Below, in pieces: positions 24,201 through 39,200 of a stretch of 64,000 nucleotides of DNA. Made by a program: the position numbers and the translations under genes. The DNA comes from Acanthaster planci. Its lineage: Eukaryota. Numbering within the stretch: the stretch's first letter is position 1; each line of letters starts with the position of its first letter. The notes beneath the pieces are model-generated. The model was not told where the DNA came from and searched no databases. It saw only the letters and a program-made list of their open reading frames with translations. Where the stretch lies: contig NW_019091360.1 of the NCBI RefSeq assembly GCF_001949145.1, forward strand, positions 1,857,599-1,921,598, given 5' to 3'.

Positions 24201-27200
24201 ACTTGTTGTTAATCTACTTTTGGTGCTTTTAACGAGTTGTCCAAATATAACGTCATTGCCCTTTTAAGGATGTTTATAGTATTTTGAATTGAATTGAAGA
24301 TGGCGTCATGAAAAAAAGGACCTCTGTAATTTTTAGGTTCATCAATCTCACCCACGCATGCGTGCTTTACCAATAAACAACAAATTTAGCACAGGACGGT
24401 CCCTTCCACGCGACACGGGCACATCTCGCAATGTGAATGCTATACAGGGCCCAGGTATAAGGTATCTTAATATATCGCGTTTCATTCGCAGAGCAGGATT
24501 GGAAATCAATGACTAGTGAGCCGGATATACACGCAGAACAGGCGCTGGGTGGGATGTACGTATTATGAAGGATTTCATCAACGCTCGATTTAGTCTGGAA
24601 TCCGAGGCAGAGAAATCTGATCTGAAATCTGAAAAACACGATGACTGTGGTTGACTCGTCCTCGTGCGACTGCTCTGTGTGAAAGAGGACCAACAAATCA
24701 ACAAATATTAGAGCATTTTAAAAAGTCAGGTATCCAAAATTCAGCCATGTTTTGGTGCTGAAATACTGTGACATGCTGTTTCTTCTGAAGATGCCATTAC
24801 AGCTTTGCTCAGAAATATGCAAATTTACATTAGCGTAAAACACGAAAGCTTCAAAATGTCCTTACAATTTACGAAATTCGAAAATAGGTCTATCGTGACC
24901 TTAAGGTACTGTCCCATTGACTGCATTTATGAAAATACATATTACATGGACTATAATAAAAAATTCTCATTTATTTTCTTTAGTCTTTAAGTCCAACAAA
25001 CCTAACCTGAAATTTGCCTAATTTACGTCAGTGAGTGGCATTTGACAAAACATAGGCCTAATCGTGAGTGGCCAAAGTTCTTTTGGTTTAATACCACGAG
25101 GAAATTACGAATCCATATAAATTTGTCAAAATTGGTATAGTTGTTCAGTGCAGAAATATGTATTTTGTGCGAAAGCGTTGACACCAACATGCCTCCACAA
25201 GGTGTCAGTTGAAGATACGAGCCGGTCGACCATTCACTTGTACTGTGCTGGTCTGTTTCCTACATAGCAAACAGCATTAAGGTCTACATAGCACACATCA
25301 TTAAGAGCTCTGAAGTACATATCCCAGTGTTATGTGGATATCATGGCTCAAAGATGACGAAATTGGAGAGAAAAAAACTTCCTGGCGTTTCATGCAAGGG
25401 GAGTTGAATGATCGCTGTGGCCCTGTCTAACATTGTAAAACTCTTACGAGGAGACAAGGTTTCATTCTGACAACGCAAATGGGGCTAAAATTAATCATTT
25501 CTTACCGATTTTCAAGGGGTTTTGTTTCATGGTGTTTATTTTGTAAGGGAAGTTGGGGTTCGAAGACTTGATTGTTGAGAGTGATGCTGGTGGACGCTGG
25601 CCGAGGTTAATCAGACTTCGGTCCCCGGTCGACGTACACCGCTCTCACATCTCACCACCTGTTCGGATCGTCTTCAACTGGGCTTCCTTTGTCCAGCGGA
25701 TGAGATCAGACGAGTACAGCCTTTATCTTTTCTCTTACCGTCTTAATTTGCTCGATTTTCGCTTTTCGCTAAAAAAAATAAGACAAAATGATAAAAGCCT
25801 CGACTTTCCCCTGACTTAAGCCCTCGGTAAGATGGCCCTGGTCCGCTGCGGTATCTATTTCCCTTGGTCTTTGCCCTGGTAGCGCCTCGCTGTCTGGTGT
25901 GAGAGCCTCACGTAAGAACTCTCTCCTGGGCCAGATCGGATCGCCTTACCTCCACCGCAAAAGAGGGCAGAGCAGTAATTTCGTGAGAGAAAAATGCATC
26001 ATTTCTCTCCCCCCCCCTTCCCCAAATAAATGGTCATCATCTTTTGGAGGGGAAGGGGATACACAACGATTGCAGGCTGCCGGGATTTTGGAGTGATACC
26101 GGTGGGTCGTGGGCTCGTGTTAGGGCCAGGTCGGCCGGAGCATGATGCTGGCTTCTGTCTTTCGGGTGACTCATGCGGCCGACATCTGACACATGACTGA
26201 TCTTTTTGACTTGATCACGGATGGTTGATGCCTTTCAGAAATGAGAGAAATGATGATCTTTTGGTGGTTGGAGCTGTCCTAGTTCTTGGCTGCGGTTGCT
26301 CTAATTAGGAAGTTGGCCTACCAATGCTCGCCTGTCTGCACAAGGGCACATTGGGGTATAGGGCTTCTGGTTCGGGCACTATTGGTATAAAGGCAAACTA
26401 TTTTCAAAGCCGTCGATTTTTTTTAACTGTTCGCTTCGGAATTAAAGTTTGCATTACACATTTCCTTGTGGAATAATGGATGCTGAAAGATGCGCACTTT
26501 TTGGCACTGTGCCAGACCTAAATACAACCACTCATCGATATTGCCTGTGGTTTTATGGTGCCAGCCCCCCCCCCAAGAAAAATGGGGTAGTGGGAGGTTT
26601 CATAACTTAAGCATTACATAAACGGTATCGGTCTCATCATGCATGTTTTTCCACTGTAATTGAGAGGTGATTTGGTCCCCCCGAAAAGACTAAAAATTAT
26701 GTGTTTTGTCCTTGTTCCCTCCACATTTTGGTGCACGAGGCGGTGACGATTTCCTCCGCCCCCATTCAGGGAGAGGTCAGTGCCGCCTCCAAGAAAGCCC
26801 GAAAAGAGGCCACTGTCAACTTTATCACGGTCATCCCTACAGTACTGTAATGGAGGCTATAGTGATGATGGTAGTTCAAATGATCTGTGATGGTGGCGTA
26901 GCGATGATGGCGTAGATTGACCTTAAGTAAGGCGATGAAATTACAATGATCATCATTTTAGGCTCTTGGTTTCAAATAACCCCTCGGTGATCACTTTTCT
27001 TTTATTGATGATACCTATTATTTGGTATGTCTAAAAATACACACAAACGCTTCGGGGTTAATGCATCACTCTGGGCATTAACGTGACATTTTGATACAAC
27101 CTACATAGGTACCAAAGGTGTTAAATTTCACTTCAAAGTTTTGCAATGCACTGCGCGGCACACTTGTACAACAGGTGCATTTTTCATGGTTTGCGTTCGT

Positions 27201-30200
27201 CTGTCTTGGGCTGCCATAGATTAAGTGCATAGGTGCAGTCCTTACACCTAAGTGGCCTTATTGATTCTTCGCAGCCTCAAAATTCAGTTGAGCTGTGGTT
27301 GATTTTTGTATAAAATGATTCTACCTGGAGAAGGATACCTTAGAGTCCTACAGGAGCTGTAGGTACCGTGCAGCAGATAGAATTGTTGTGTTCACTTGTT
27401 GTCGACTTTGTCCCCTATCCTTCTGTTCATTTTTAAGATCCAGCGCTTCAGTAGAATTGACTAGTACAGTGTACCGGTGATGGTCCGGAGTCAATGAAGC
27501 GATGTGGCCAGCAAAGCCTTGCTCAGTCTGCCGTCTATGCTCCACCCCCCCTTTTTTGTATCTCGTCATGTTATAACCCCCGGGTTGCGATCGATAGGCA
27601 TCATGGGCTCCTTAAACAGGCCACACCTCTCGGGACCGCGCACAGAATGCGACAGCCCATGCAGCAGCGTGTATCGTACGGAAGGGGCGAGTGGGCCGTT
27701 CGTTCGGACTCCCGCACCGTCGCCGTTCAGCCCTCTGTAGCTAGCCCGCTGAAAGTAATATGAAAAAAAAACCACACAGACAAGAGTCGATCAGAGTCTG
27801 TTGCTGCGATTTGAAACGAATCAGTCATTCAGGCGAGAGAAGAGAGAGCATTCCACTCGTGAGCGTGTGTGTGTTTTTTTCTTTTACTCCGGGAGATATC
27901 CGTGTTCTACCCGTCACTAGGCGAGCAGAGCGACCAGGGGGCCGGCCCAGCGTGAGCATACCTTGGGGGGAATCGCTCGCGTGATTAGCTCGGATAGCGA
28001 GCGGTACTTCTGCCGGATAATTCACGGGACATTGCTTCATGGATGACCACCGTTTTTCCAGAGTTCTCAACAGGCTTGCCTTGGTCGACGTAACCGACCT
28101 TTTCCAAGGCATCAAACTTATATTAGATGCCGAAATCATTTCGAAATCAGCTGACATCATTATACGCCGAGTTGTATGGCAGCTTGCTTGAATCTTTAGC
28201 TTCAAACTACACTTGCACGGCAATATATCACAGACAAAACAAGTTATTCAGGTGAGTATAGAGCCCTTTATCATGTTAAGCCCTTTTCCCCAATTGTTAT
28301 TGTCTACCTGCCCAACTCTATTGTAATCAACATTTTCCATAACAAACCCGTGGATTTCATCGCAGATATCAATGTCCTATCTTTATAAATAGAGGGTTGT
28401 TGCAAAGTGTTTTTCTCACTGGAGTAACACGAAAACACATAAATCCTAAAAAGAAAAAATAGAGGCTGTGATCGGAGCAGAATCTCTCTTGCACTTGAAG
28501 ATGTTCTGCAAAGATGGAATTGTCGGGCTTGCTGAATTTAATAATACTAAAAAAAAGATTCACGTCGTTGTCATCGTCGTACTCATTATTTCCGCAATCG
28601 AATCGTCATTTTCGTCGTTGCTGTCATCAACCCCGCAGCTGATGTCATCACCGACATCAGTAACACTACTTCCCCCTCAATACTTACAAACCCCGTGACC
28701 ACTTCGTCCATAGTATTTCTACATTTTAAAAGTAAGAATCAAAAGTCTGAAAAGAGGACGAGGATGTTAAGCCTCCATCGAGGGCGTATATCCTGGGGGA
28801 GGGAAATTGAGGGATTATGTCCTTCCCACGAATTGCTGCTTGGAGTGCCCGTATACTGTTGAGATATTATGCATTTGTACATGCATTCATGCATATGCAT
28901 GTTTGTTGGGCCCTTCGTTTTTTGTCTATTTAGGCAGAGATTGTGAATATTGCATTCACTTACTTGGAAGCAGACATTGCAGGTTTCTGAGGTTTTTTTT
29001 TACTACTTGTCCACTCGGATTAACGCTCGTGCCCTTCATTGTGTTCATTATGAATTATCAGGAATATTATTCTCCATTATAATTGTCATTACGTTACAAT
29101 CAATTATCTAATCAAACGGTCCAGCTGGCGGCTGCGCCTCACATTCTGCACACTTTCCAGAACATTACCGTATAATGGCGTTATGCTTAAGAAAAAAAGT
29201 TCGGTATCCTAAAGAGTGACGGAACCAACCCGGCACGAGGTTGGTAAAGAGAGTACGCAATGAACCAAACACTGGCGGGTGAATGCACCTTCGTCTGTCC
29301 CGTCTGCCCAGGCCTGGGGTTTACTCCCGTACACCCCCATTGTGCCCCGCTGCCCAGGTCGATATCAAGAGGGCGTCGACGATGAATACAGAAGCGTGGA
29401 AAAGACCGACACCCCCTTCTCCAAACAAGCCTCCCGACAATGGAAACCCTTGCCTTCTGTGCATACCGCCAACGCTCAGGCAAAAAGAGAGCTTACATTT
29501 GAAGAGCCGATGTTGCGGGGGAGGGGGTTCGAGTACTAAAGGTTCGATGGCCTGAGCGGGCCAGCCCACAATGGTTCGGATCGATTGAGATCGGCTGAGA
29601 AAAGAGCGGGTCTGTTAACCCGCCCCAGTAGGTTCGTTGAAAAATCTGCGCACCCATACCATATGACGACGTGCGTGAACCGCACTCGATATCAGTTCAC
29701 CTATTCCGATATACATCCTCCCAGAAAACAGGCCTATCAGGAACTCAAAATAATTGTGGTAGGCCTATCTTGGGCATTACTCTCACACACACTTCCAATT
29801 TGAGTTCAGTTCATACGGTGAAATGCGTTCTGTCGACTTAAAGGCTGAAATTCGTGCGTGTTGTGCCTGCGAGTGGCGTAAGGTGATGTCTGGGACATAT
29901 CGATGGTTTTGCGCAACATTAACCACGTGGAGCCTGGAGGCGACCTCGACTGTTTTGTGAACAGGTCTTGTGAAATGCTGGAGACTTCATACTTTTTGGG
30001 GATCAGACATGTTGTACTGTTGGGATATAACGAAGATAACGAAATTTGAGAAACGAAAATCTTACAATCATGAAATCATTAAACAGACAGCAACGAAGAT
30101 AATTTTGTAATGTAGTTGATTGAGGAGAGTTGTGGTGATCTGGATGTTAGCAATGACGTCAAAAAAGGCTGATAATGTTTGTTTGAAGTGGTTGAAGTAA

Positions 30201-33179
30201 AATGGTGATCTTGCTGTTTAAAGCCAGTTGTACCTTGTAGGATTGAGTTACCTTGAAACTTCTGCAGTGTGCTGTATTTTCCCCAAACGGGCTCTTGAGC
30301 CGATTGTTATCTTTAATTTGCATGTATTCCTTTGCATTTGATGTGAATAGTTTTATTTTGAATAATTATTGTATAAACAGAGTCGTGAAGTACCTGAGGT
30401 TAAAATATGCAAGGAGAAAGTAGAAATACGTATTGTAGGGCACGAGGAGCTCAGATCACCCGGTAGAAGGTTGGACCTCTGACACCTGACCTCCCGCCGG
30501 AGGAGTTGATCTTCGACTGGCTCGTCGAGTCACGGCCAAGGTCGACAAGCGGCGAAAGTAATGCACGTTTGCCGCGCACCCGCCCAGCCGAAATGGCCAC
30601 GATCCCGTCGGAGTCACCTCGTCTGGAAGTCAAGCCCACGGGACCCTCGGGCGCATCTTGGCGCCGAGGTGCTCTTTTGAATCGGTTGGTTTTGTATTGA
30701 GCGGCTTCTGTGAGTTGTTATTCTTTTTCATGGGCAGAGTTTTGGGGGTTTGCTTTTTTACTGCCAAAGTCTTGCAGTTTGCACAGGCGCTATTCAATTG
30801 TTTTGTTACCGCAGACTGACCCAACTTAATGGTGTCACCTCACCGCCACAGTGGACAGGGGACGCAGGCAGGGCAAACGCTGCCGTGGCTGGGATAAGAT
30901 CGGATCTCCTCGGCTGTCGTCGGAAACGAAGTGGGGAAGTGTGGGTTCCCAAGAGCGTTCTCGGATATCCGACTTGAACTTGGCGCACGCCAACGTGTCA
31001 CTGGAGAGAGGGAAAGCGGGAACAGCCGGGGGTTGAAACTCGGCAGATGCTTGAAGAATACCGGACGCAGTCACGTGACTTCGCAGGTGGCATGGAACGC
31101 CTCAAACAAGAGAAGCACGCGATAAAAACAAAGGGCAAGGTGTACATGAGTTTCTCGTTGAAAATAAATTATGTAAACGTCTTCCCGGTGCCACGCAAGC
31201 TGTGTTTAGCATTACCCCGTTGGTGAAGCCGAGGAACAACACGCAACAGCCTCGATCTGTCCGTTCTACTCAAATTGAACGATTGTCTGCAGGAGTGCCA
31301 GGCAAAATGTTGCTCACCGAGACAAAGTTTGAATGGAGGCATATATGAAAACCCACCTATTAGCTTATTTTCAGTGTGGAAGTTAAACATCATGGCCATT
31401 GTATTGCTTCACTGGTAAATAACACGCAATGATACTTCGTAAATAATTTGATAATACATGTAAGTCAGAAGACAACGCATTTGAGGAAAACGTGACGCGA
31501 TGATCTTAATAACGCATGCCTCCCGTCTGTTCCATTATTGTTAGTTGATGAACTTGTCTGGTGTCACATTCCGAATGCTGGACTGAACTGGCTCGTTTTC
31601 TGTGCCTGCTCTTGATTCAAGCAGGCGATCATTGACTCGGAAGGGTCGCAATTCCTTAAACGGTGGGGTTTTTTTTGTTTTTTGTTTTGCTTTGTTAACT
31701 GAAGATAAAGGATTTCTTTGCTGTGGTAGCTGATGACCCGAGAGAGGGACATAAGAGGGTGATAATTCTCTGGGAGGGGATAAGGTTAGTAAACGCGCGT
31801 TATAGGTTGGACTCTTAACACCGTGCTCAGTGATCGCCCGACTCCGTACATATCATGTAGACAGTCAGTTGAATCACGTGCGTGAATAGCGTGCGAGTAT
31901 TCCCCGCAAAACCACACAGTCTGGCACGCGTATTAAAAATCGACGGGGAAAAGACAAAATGAAGGGAGAAAGAGAGAAAGGGAGACCGAGTGGGACGAAA
32001 TAATATCCCATAACGTTGGAGGTGTACAATGAGAATCGCTCGGGGGGGAAATAGTAGAGAAAAGACGGAGACACGAAGGCAGCGCCGCTGGCGCGGCCCG
32101 ATCAGATCGGGGAACCGGGCCAAGTGCACGGGGGCCCTGGTCTACTATACCTTTTTCTCCCGCGCACCGTCTCTTTTGAGGGTGGTTATATAGAAAGATG
32201 ACGATGGCTGGGAGCCTGGAAAGGACCTGGGGGCCGGCAACTCAGAGGTGCATGACCGCTAGCTCGTTGGCCGTTGAATGATTACAGTATAGAGGCCCCG
32301 ACTGGGAGAAAAAAAGTCGTCGACTATTGGAGGGGCTGGGTCTGTCACCCTATGCTCACGCTGGAAACCCATCGCACACGCAAGCAAACCAATTAAATTC
32401 CGTTGACAACTTCAACAACAATAATCACAAATAAAGAAATGTGACGCTTGAGGAAACACGTCGTGCATGGTCTAGTATCCTGATCACAAGTCGAATCATT
32501 ACTGTGATATGGAGACTTTGCTACACGGGCCTGAATTCCTTTCCCGCACTCGGTGCGGTCTCGCAGACTCTCGTGTAGTCTCGCCGAGTCTCCCCTGAGT
32601 GTGCTGAAGTGTGATTCAGGTCATACGTGTCATTTGCGCTCATTTGAAGCTGCGCTCACTTTGTGCTCACAGAAAAGATTCTCACACTTTTGTATGCCGC
32701 ATGTCGGCTTCCAATAAAATCCACTCAATATATGAATGAATTTCATTTAGTACAATTTTCCTGAGGGTGTGTAAAATTAAAATCATTTTATTGATGATTT
32801 TTTCAGTGTTGGCTCATCTAAACCAGACGGAAAACACATGGACAGTTTGGACATCATATTTACTGACAAAACCAATTGCATGTCCTCGTGGAATTTTCAA
32901 AGTTTTACAGGCTGAAGAAATCAGGATTGAACCGACTCAAAGTGAAAATAAAGCGAGACCGTAGACAATAGGTGTAAAAACAAAATTAAAAACAAACAGA
33001 CACAAAAACAAGTTAACATTATCGCTTTTGAGTGGGTTAGTTAATAAAAAAAATTGTCAGTTATCTCCGGAAATGATTTTCTTGCATTTTCTGTTTATTT
33101 TTGGCTTGTTTTCGGGACGGAGGCCGAGGGCTTAGCCATCATTCCGTGAGAAAAAGGTTATGTTGACCAGAAATGCACA

Positions 33180-33259
33180 GCATGTAACGCGCGCGTACCA
33201 ACTGTCCACGAGCGTTGTGCCACCGCAGTAATGGATGCTAATTCTGGTGGTCGAGTTAC
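33180..33259 (+). repeat. Inverted repeat, left arm (~80 bp)
   Basis: Reverse complement of 36144-36223; the core 33180-33233 matches 36170-36223 at 53/54 positions. Confidence 0.9.
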
Positions 33260-36143
33260 TTTATAACGCAAAGAAACACGAGGCTAAACGAGAGATAAGC
33301 ACACGAGAATGTGAACAGTAACGCGTCACTATAGTGCAGGAAATCATGTACGAATGGCCGGTGCTTGTGGAAATGATCGAATACTCACTCACAGTGCTGA
33401 CTCTTGAAAGCCGTGAAGTGGAATCGATTCTAGACGGTATCGACCACAGCACAAAATGTTTCGCGCCAGGCAGGTGGTTTCCAATTGATTCCCTTTGAAA
33501 AGGTGGCTACCGAACGGCCTCGTGTCCTGCCAAGCTGTTGATGAACTTGACAGTTCTACCCCGCCACAAATCAATTTGTAATCTTTCTCTTTATCACCGC
33601 GCCCGCGTCAACACGATGTGAAATAAAAAGAGCCATGACTCTCGGAAGGAATATTAACAAATAAACTGACCGAATCGTTTTGCTCTTGTAGCCGACAGTA
33701 GTATGGTGTTTATGTGTTTATGTACTCAACGGTTTTGTATAAATATATTTTGTCTCATCATTTTTGGTGCCTGAGCTGTACATTTTGTAGTCGTACTGTC
33801 TGTTAGTAGTGACTGGTCTTGTGACGGGACTTTCGATGGGATTGACTGCGTCCCTGACAGACTTGAGTATGGGCATAGAAAACCATCACTCGGCCATCGT
33901 AACATGCGATACTCCAAAAGGATGTTTTGTTGAGCAGAGATAGCTTAGTATTTTAAGGGTGGCGTGGGATCCACCGGTACCGCCCATTCAACCTCCCCGC
34001 CGGGTATTTTATGCAGCTTAAAATATGTCTGCGCGGCTCAAGTCCTTCATATAAAACCCCATGAAGCGGAGAGATGGCATTCTGCCAGCGTCCCACTGGG
34101 GTTACCTTGTGTCATTCCACCCCGGCTGCAGAAAGCTGAACAGATTTCGTCGCGTCGAATAAAAAAAAAATGATAAGAAATAATACTAAACAGAAGAGAG
34201 GAAATGGAGAGAATGATTACCCGAAGTTCATGTTTCAAGGTGCCGGGGCACCGGGGAAAGTCACTCAATGGAAAGTAATCTGGGCTTTGGTGCAGGACGC
34301 GGCACCCCTGGCTGCGCGTGTATACAATTGTCACCGCCATGTCGCGGGTCGTGCCTGCCAAGGCTCAAAAAGGAGAGTTGCAATTACTCGAGAAAATCAC
34401 AGAGGCCGTTCTAGCTTTTTGGAATTGCTCAGCTTTTGTGCGATTATTTGAGAAGTTGTTGGTTTATAGGGTTGGCGGCCCCTCCTATTGTCGCCCCCTC
34501 GCCGTATCTTTTTTTTCCAACCCTTTTTATAGACATAATATTTAAATCCCCATTCAGCCGTGCAGCCATAGATTTTTTTGTGTGTGGGGGTGGGGGGGTG
34601 GGAGTTTTCCGCGAATGATTGTCCGGATGAGCGAGCAGTGCGGTCTTTGGCCTGTGTTTTGTTGGAGAGCGGGCCCGTCTGCGACGCCCGGTGATCGCAC
34701 CGACACCCGGTGCCTCTTTTCCCCTTGCCCCGTCTCCAGCACTGCGGGAAAGTCGGGTAATTGGACTGTACCCGTTCAGTGCCATCGTGAGGGTGATGGG
34801 CTGAACTTTATTGGCTCTGACAAGTGAGGAATCGGAAACAAAGAAGTATTATCCCGTCCTTGATTACAACCAATGGCTCATTCTGCCGGGGTCTTTGGCA
34901 AGACCCCCTGGGCCCCCGTCATCTCCGCACGATTGGAGGGTGTTGATTGCGTAGACAACAAACGAGGTTGATTATGGGTACAGTCTGTGTTACCACCGGG
35001 GAAAAAAAAGAAACCATCGTCATTTTTCTTTTTAATTTGAAATGTCTTAAAGGCAAGGTGGTCATGACTGCACGTCAGGAAAGACTGCAAGTTAGGAAAA
35101 AAGGAGACAGCCTTACCGAAAGCCGTGGAAGAAGGAAGACAATGTTGCAGGTTATGTGGTCTGTTAGGACTCACCTTGACAAAGTTCCCCTAAACAGCTC
35201 CTTTTCCCCTACGTTTCTGTGTAAGTGTACGTGTATACTGTGTTGGCGTTCTTGATCAGCGGAGGATTGCTGTAGATAACCGTCCAGAATGGAGACACTT
35301 ACTGATTGACAATACTTGCGACTGTGTAAACAAGGAGAGGATTGGCTGATATGAAAAATGAAGAGATCGAATTCGAAGAAAAGTGAGAACATGGTACAAA
35401 GATGATGGCTGATCGAAATGAATTGTCCTTTGTTTTTGAACTTTAATCATCATTTTCTGCGCTACGTTGTATATTCATATTGGGTTGCTTGTGTCACACG
35501 ATAGAAGACATTGTTACATCTGGGAGTAAACATTGTCTTGTGGTGTTTCTGGTAGAGCTCGATTATGCTTTATGCTCTGGGTGATCTGCTACACGAGATC
35601 TCGTTGATTATGCGATTTCGTGGAGATTTGAAACTTACTACTACGGAGTCCCAGACGTACCCCGGTGCTGACCCAGCTGCAATGCTATGGTCGCAATGGA
35701 ATGGCTACTATCAGTGGATGGATTAGGAGTTGTGCGGATGCTCAGTCGACGAGTTCACGTGAAGTTTGGTATCCATATTGTACTCCAAACGAAAAATCCT
35801 CACTTTTCGATAAGTCTGTGTCTGGTTCTTCAAAGACAAGGACTTTGATGTGGAAAAGGAGTGTTGAAAAGCCATTGTTTTTCGCGTCAGCTAGTCTTGA
35901 AATGACTCATGTTGTTGATTAATTTATCTTCAATTTTTTTTGTTTTTGCCAATGGGGGAAAGAATTAGCCCGTGGCTTTTATTGGACCAACGCTGGAGAC
36001 GGATTTGAGTGAAACCTAACTAATTTTCTACTTTGGTGATTAAAGAAATGCAAAGATTTGGAAATTAAATTATATACCCACCTCACATGTTTTTACACTG
36101 TTGTGTATATACTTACCGTTGGCAAACCTCCGTTAACAATCGT

Positions 36144-36223
36144 GTAATTTGACGACCGGAATTAGAAGTCATTACTGCGGTGGCACAACGCTCGTGGACA
36201 GATGGTACGCGCGCGTTACATGC
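36144..36223 (-). repeat. Inverted repeat, right arm (~80 bp)
   Basis: CATTACTGCGGTGGCACAACGCTCGTGGACAGATGGTACGCGCGCGTTACATGC pairs with 33180-33233; a further ~26 bp pair with several mismatches. Confidence 0.9.
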
Positions 36224-39200
36224 CTCTTCGACCAATAGGGTGTCGTGATTTGCCAAATGCACGCGCGCGTCGAGCTGAATGCAGTACCACCACCCTATGG
36301 GGTCTTATCGGATTAGACTATTGGTTTTGCTTAACCTACGAGCAAAACTAACAATATGATTTATCTTCCTGTTCTGACATGCCTAAGGAACAGTCTTCTG
36401 TGTAGTATGTTGTAGAATTATGTTTCCCATATTATTTTACCAACTTAAAAATACTTCGGGAAAAATCCCTTCGTAAAGCTAAATGATTGTCAAGGAATGA
36501 AATAGATTTGAAAGCAACATTCACCTCCAACTGTTTTTAGAATCTGTATATTCCTTTGGCATCACACTTTTCCAGGGCGTTGAGATAATTTTAATATAAA
36601 AAATACGTTATTTAACCTTTCTGTAATCGCATTCTCCACGCAAAATCTAGGCTGACGTACAGGTCCTTTTCTGTGAAGATGATTGTAAAAATTACATTTC
36701 CACTCGAACATACTTAATGCAACAGAAATGCAATTATTGTAAATACATATCTTATCAATCACACGTTATGCGTGGAATCATCGGACTGCCGGGCTGGTGT
36801 TACTCACCGCTTAGCGAATGTTGAAAATTTTCGTCCGGTTGTTTAACCGTTCACATACCGGGCGGTTTAAAATGTCCATGCACCCGAAACACATGGAATT
36901 GAATTAACGGAATTCCCATGTGCACGAAGGTCATAGGATAACAGCTTTATCGGCCAAGTTACCTTCGTCGGAGCGAAATCAATTTTGTGTCCCCAACAAA
37001 ATGCGTTCAAAATGTAGTTGCTGGCTTTTTAGTCCACACGAGCACTGGAGTTGCACGAGACGATTTTTTTTCTTCACTGAGCGGCGATGTTCAAATTTGT
37101 TTGAGGATCGACAGTTGTGTAACCCGTGAAAATGCGTTGTGAATGTTCACGAAAACCTTACCTTTGCGCGCGTACACGTACCTATTTGTTTACAATTTAC
37201 GTCGTGTGATCTTTTGCATTTCAAACTTATCTCTCGCATGGTTTTGAAAAGTTTCAGACCATATAATTTTTTAATAGAACAAAATGTGAGACGTACGGTA
37301 CGTTCGTGAAACGCACATTTAGATTACCTGAATCTGTGGCACCTGTATGTTTCTAGGACCAGCCACCAGGCCGCAGTTTATCCAGGAAGAGCCACTCAGA
37401 TTAATGCTATCCGAAAGGTGTGACGATGAAGTAATGGGGCAAGAAACCAGTAATTAACGACAAGGGATGAATCCTCTCAGACAGCGGAAGACCGCATTGC
37501 TGAGGCGTGAATCCTCTCGCCTCAAGAAGGCCGCCCAGACGGGCCCCGCCACCACAAAGGCCTTTCACCTGCACCATTGTCTTCGGAAAGCGGCTACGGA
37601 ACTCGACCGGCACCACTATTTTTTTTTTATTTTTTATTTCTGTATTTATGTTTTTTGCGTGTGCCCGCGCTCCCCGGCGTAAACCGGGGACGGAAGCTTT
37701 GGTTGGCCCCGCACCGTACCGTTCACAGTCGGCGGCGGGTTTGTTCCTATATCCTAGAGCGGCGGGAATTGAGCGTTTTCCTCGCAGCTTGTTTGCTTTA
37801 CACTCGGTCTCTTCCGCCGCTCCCTGACTGATAATTTTTTTTCTTCCTCTCCCAGCGACTCCCGGCTGGTGTGAACTGCGTCATTCACCGACAATGTTAA
37901 ATATCTCTAAATACGATCATCGACGTGACAGTTTTTTTCGTCGTGTCGGCGAACATCACTCGGCCCTGGACCCGTCCTTGCACGGTGGCGGGTTCTCGAC
38001 CTCCAATAAGCATCAATTTCCTCTTGCATGCGATAACTGTTTTGTTGCACTGATGGAGTTACGGAGATACAGAAAAGGAGGTTGTCTGAGTGTATCGTTT
38101 GAGACAAAGATACCTTATAGCTACTGCACGCGCAAAAGAAACTATTCTCTCCATCTTGTTTCATCGACCCCGTGGAGAAGACTCTGGTGTACAATCGCGT
38201 AATAAAAATGACGTCCCTTCTGAAAACCTGTAATTTAGCTGATAAATAATTTAATTAAAATATTCGATTTACATTTCACAATGCACCAGCAATTCTGGGT
38301 AGGGGGAGCTTTCCTAAGCATGAGAAGATGAAAGCCTACCTGACAGACTCGTTTTGGGGAAAAAAGAAAGATATTTCGGAATTTGCTGAACTAACAAGAC
38401 CGTCATTTTAAATCGAAAAAAAGAGGAGAAAACAACTCTTTATGAAATGTGGCTTCCCAGCTGATACACACACAGCTTTCGTGGAGGATGGCGGTTCTTT
38501 GCTGATAAGTCGGTGCCCTTTGCATTTATTGCGGTGTACGGTTTGCACAATAGTACCGTCGGTAGTCTGACAAAAGACTTGGCCCAAGTGCATGGATTGA
38601 ATAATGGCGCGAAAAAAGTGTTGGGGGGCGCGGCTTGAGCGACGGGCCCTTGGTGTGAAAACACTGCCCATTGTAATGGAGGGCCATTACTTTCATCTGT
38701 GAATGCATGATAGCGACGATGAGAAAGATGATGATGACGACTGTGATGTTCTGCTATTCATCATTTCGATCCCTCGGGGGAGAGCATGGTCCTCGTTGTA
38801 TCCCATCACCTTACCCCCCCCTCCCCGACTCGGAGGAGAATGGAACTCGAGGAGGACGTTCAAAGGCGCGCCCGGAGAGCATTCCTCTCTTTTTATTTTC
38901 TGTTGTGGTTGCCGGGCCGCGTCCTCAGAGGAGACGCCGACAAAAACATCACCTTCTCCGTGGTATACCTCCTCGCAGGAACCAAACACACACGGCGGTG
39001 ATTCAAAGACGGGAGACTTGCACTTCTCTTCGGTCGCCCCGACAAAAGGGAGGTGTTTATTCTAGTCATTTCCTGACCGCGGCTAATTTCTGTGGAAGGT
39101 TTTTTTTGGGGGGGGGGTTTCCTGACATGAGAACGCCTTTTACTCTGCCACAGCGCTCTCGCCTGCTTGGCCGGTCTCTGCGATACTCGGATGTCGGCTA

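Noticed and set aside
22842..35177. Consensus donors AG|GTGAGT (minus strand at 22842-22850 and 35169-35177; plus strand at 28249-28257) suggesting hidden or antisense exons
   Set aside because: A few such matches are expected by chance in 48 kb, and the candidate exon 28062-28251 has a stop in the Sp frame and no other support.
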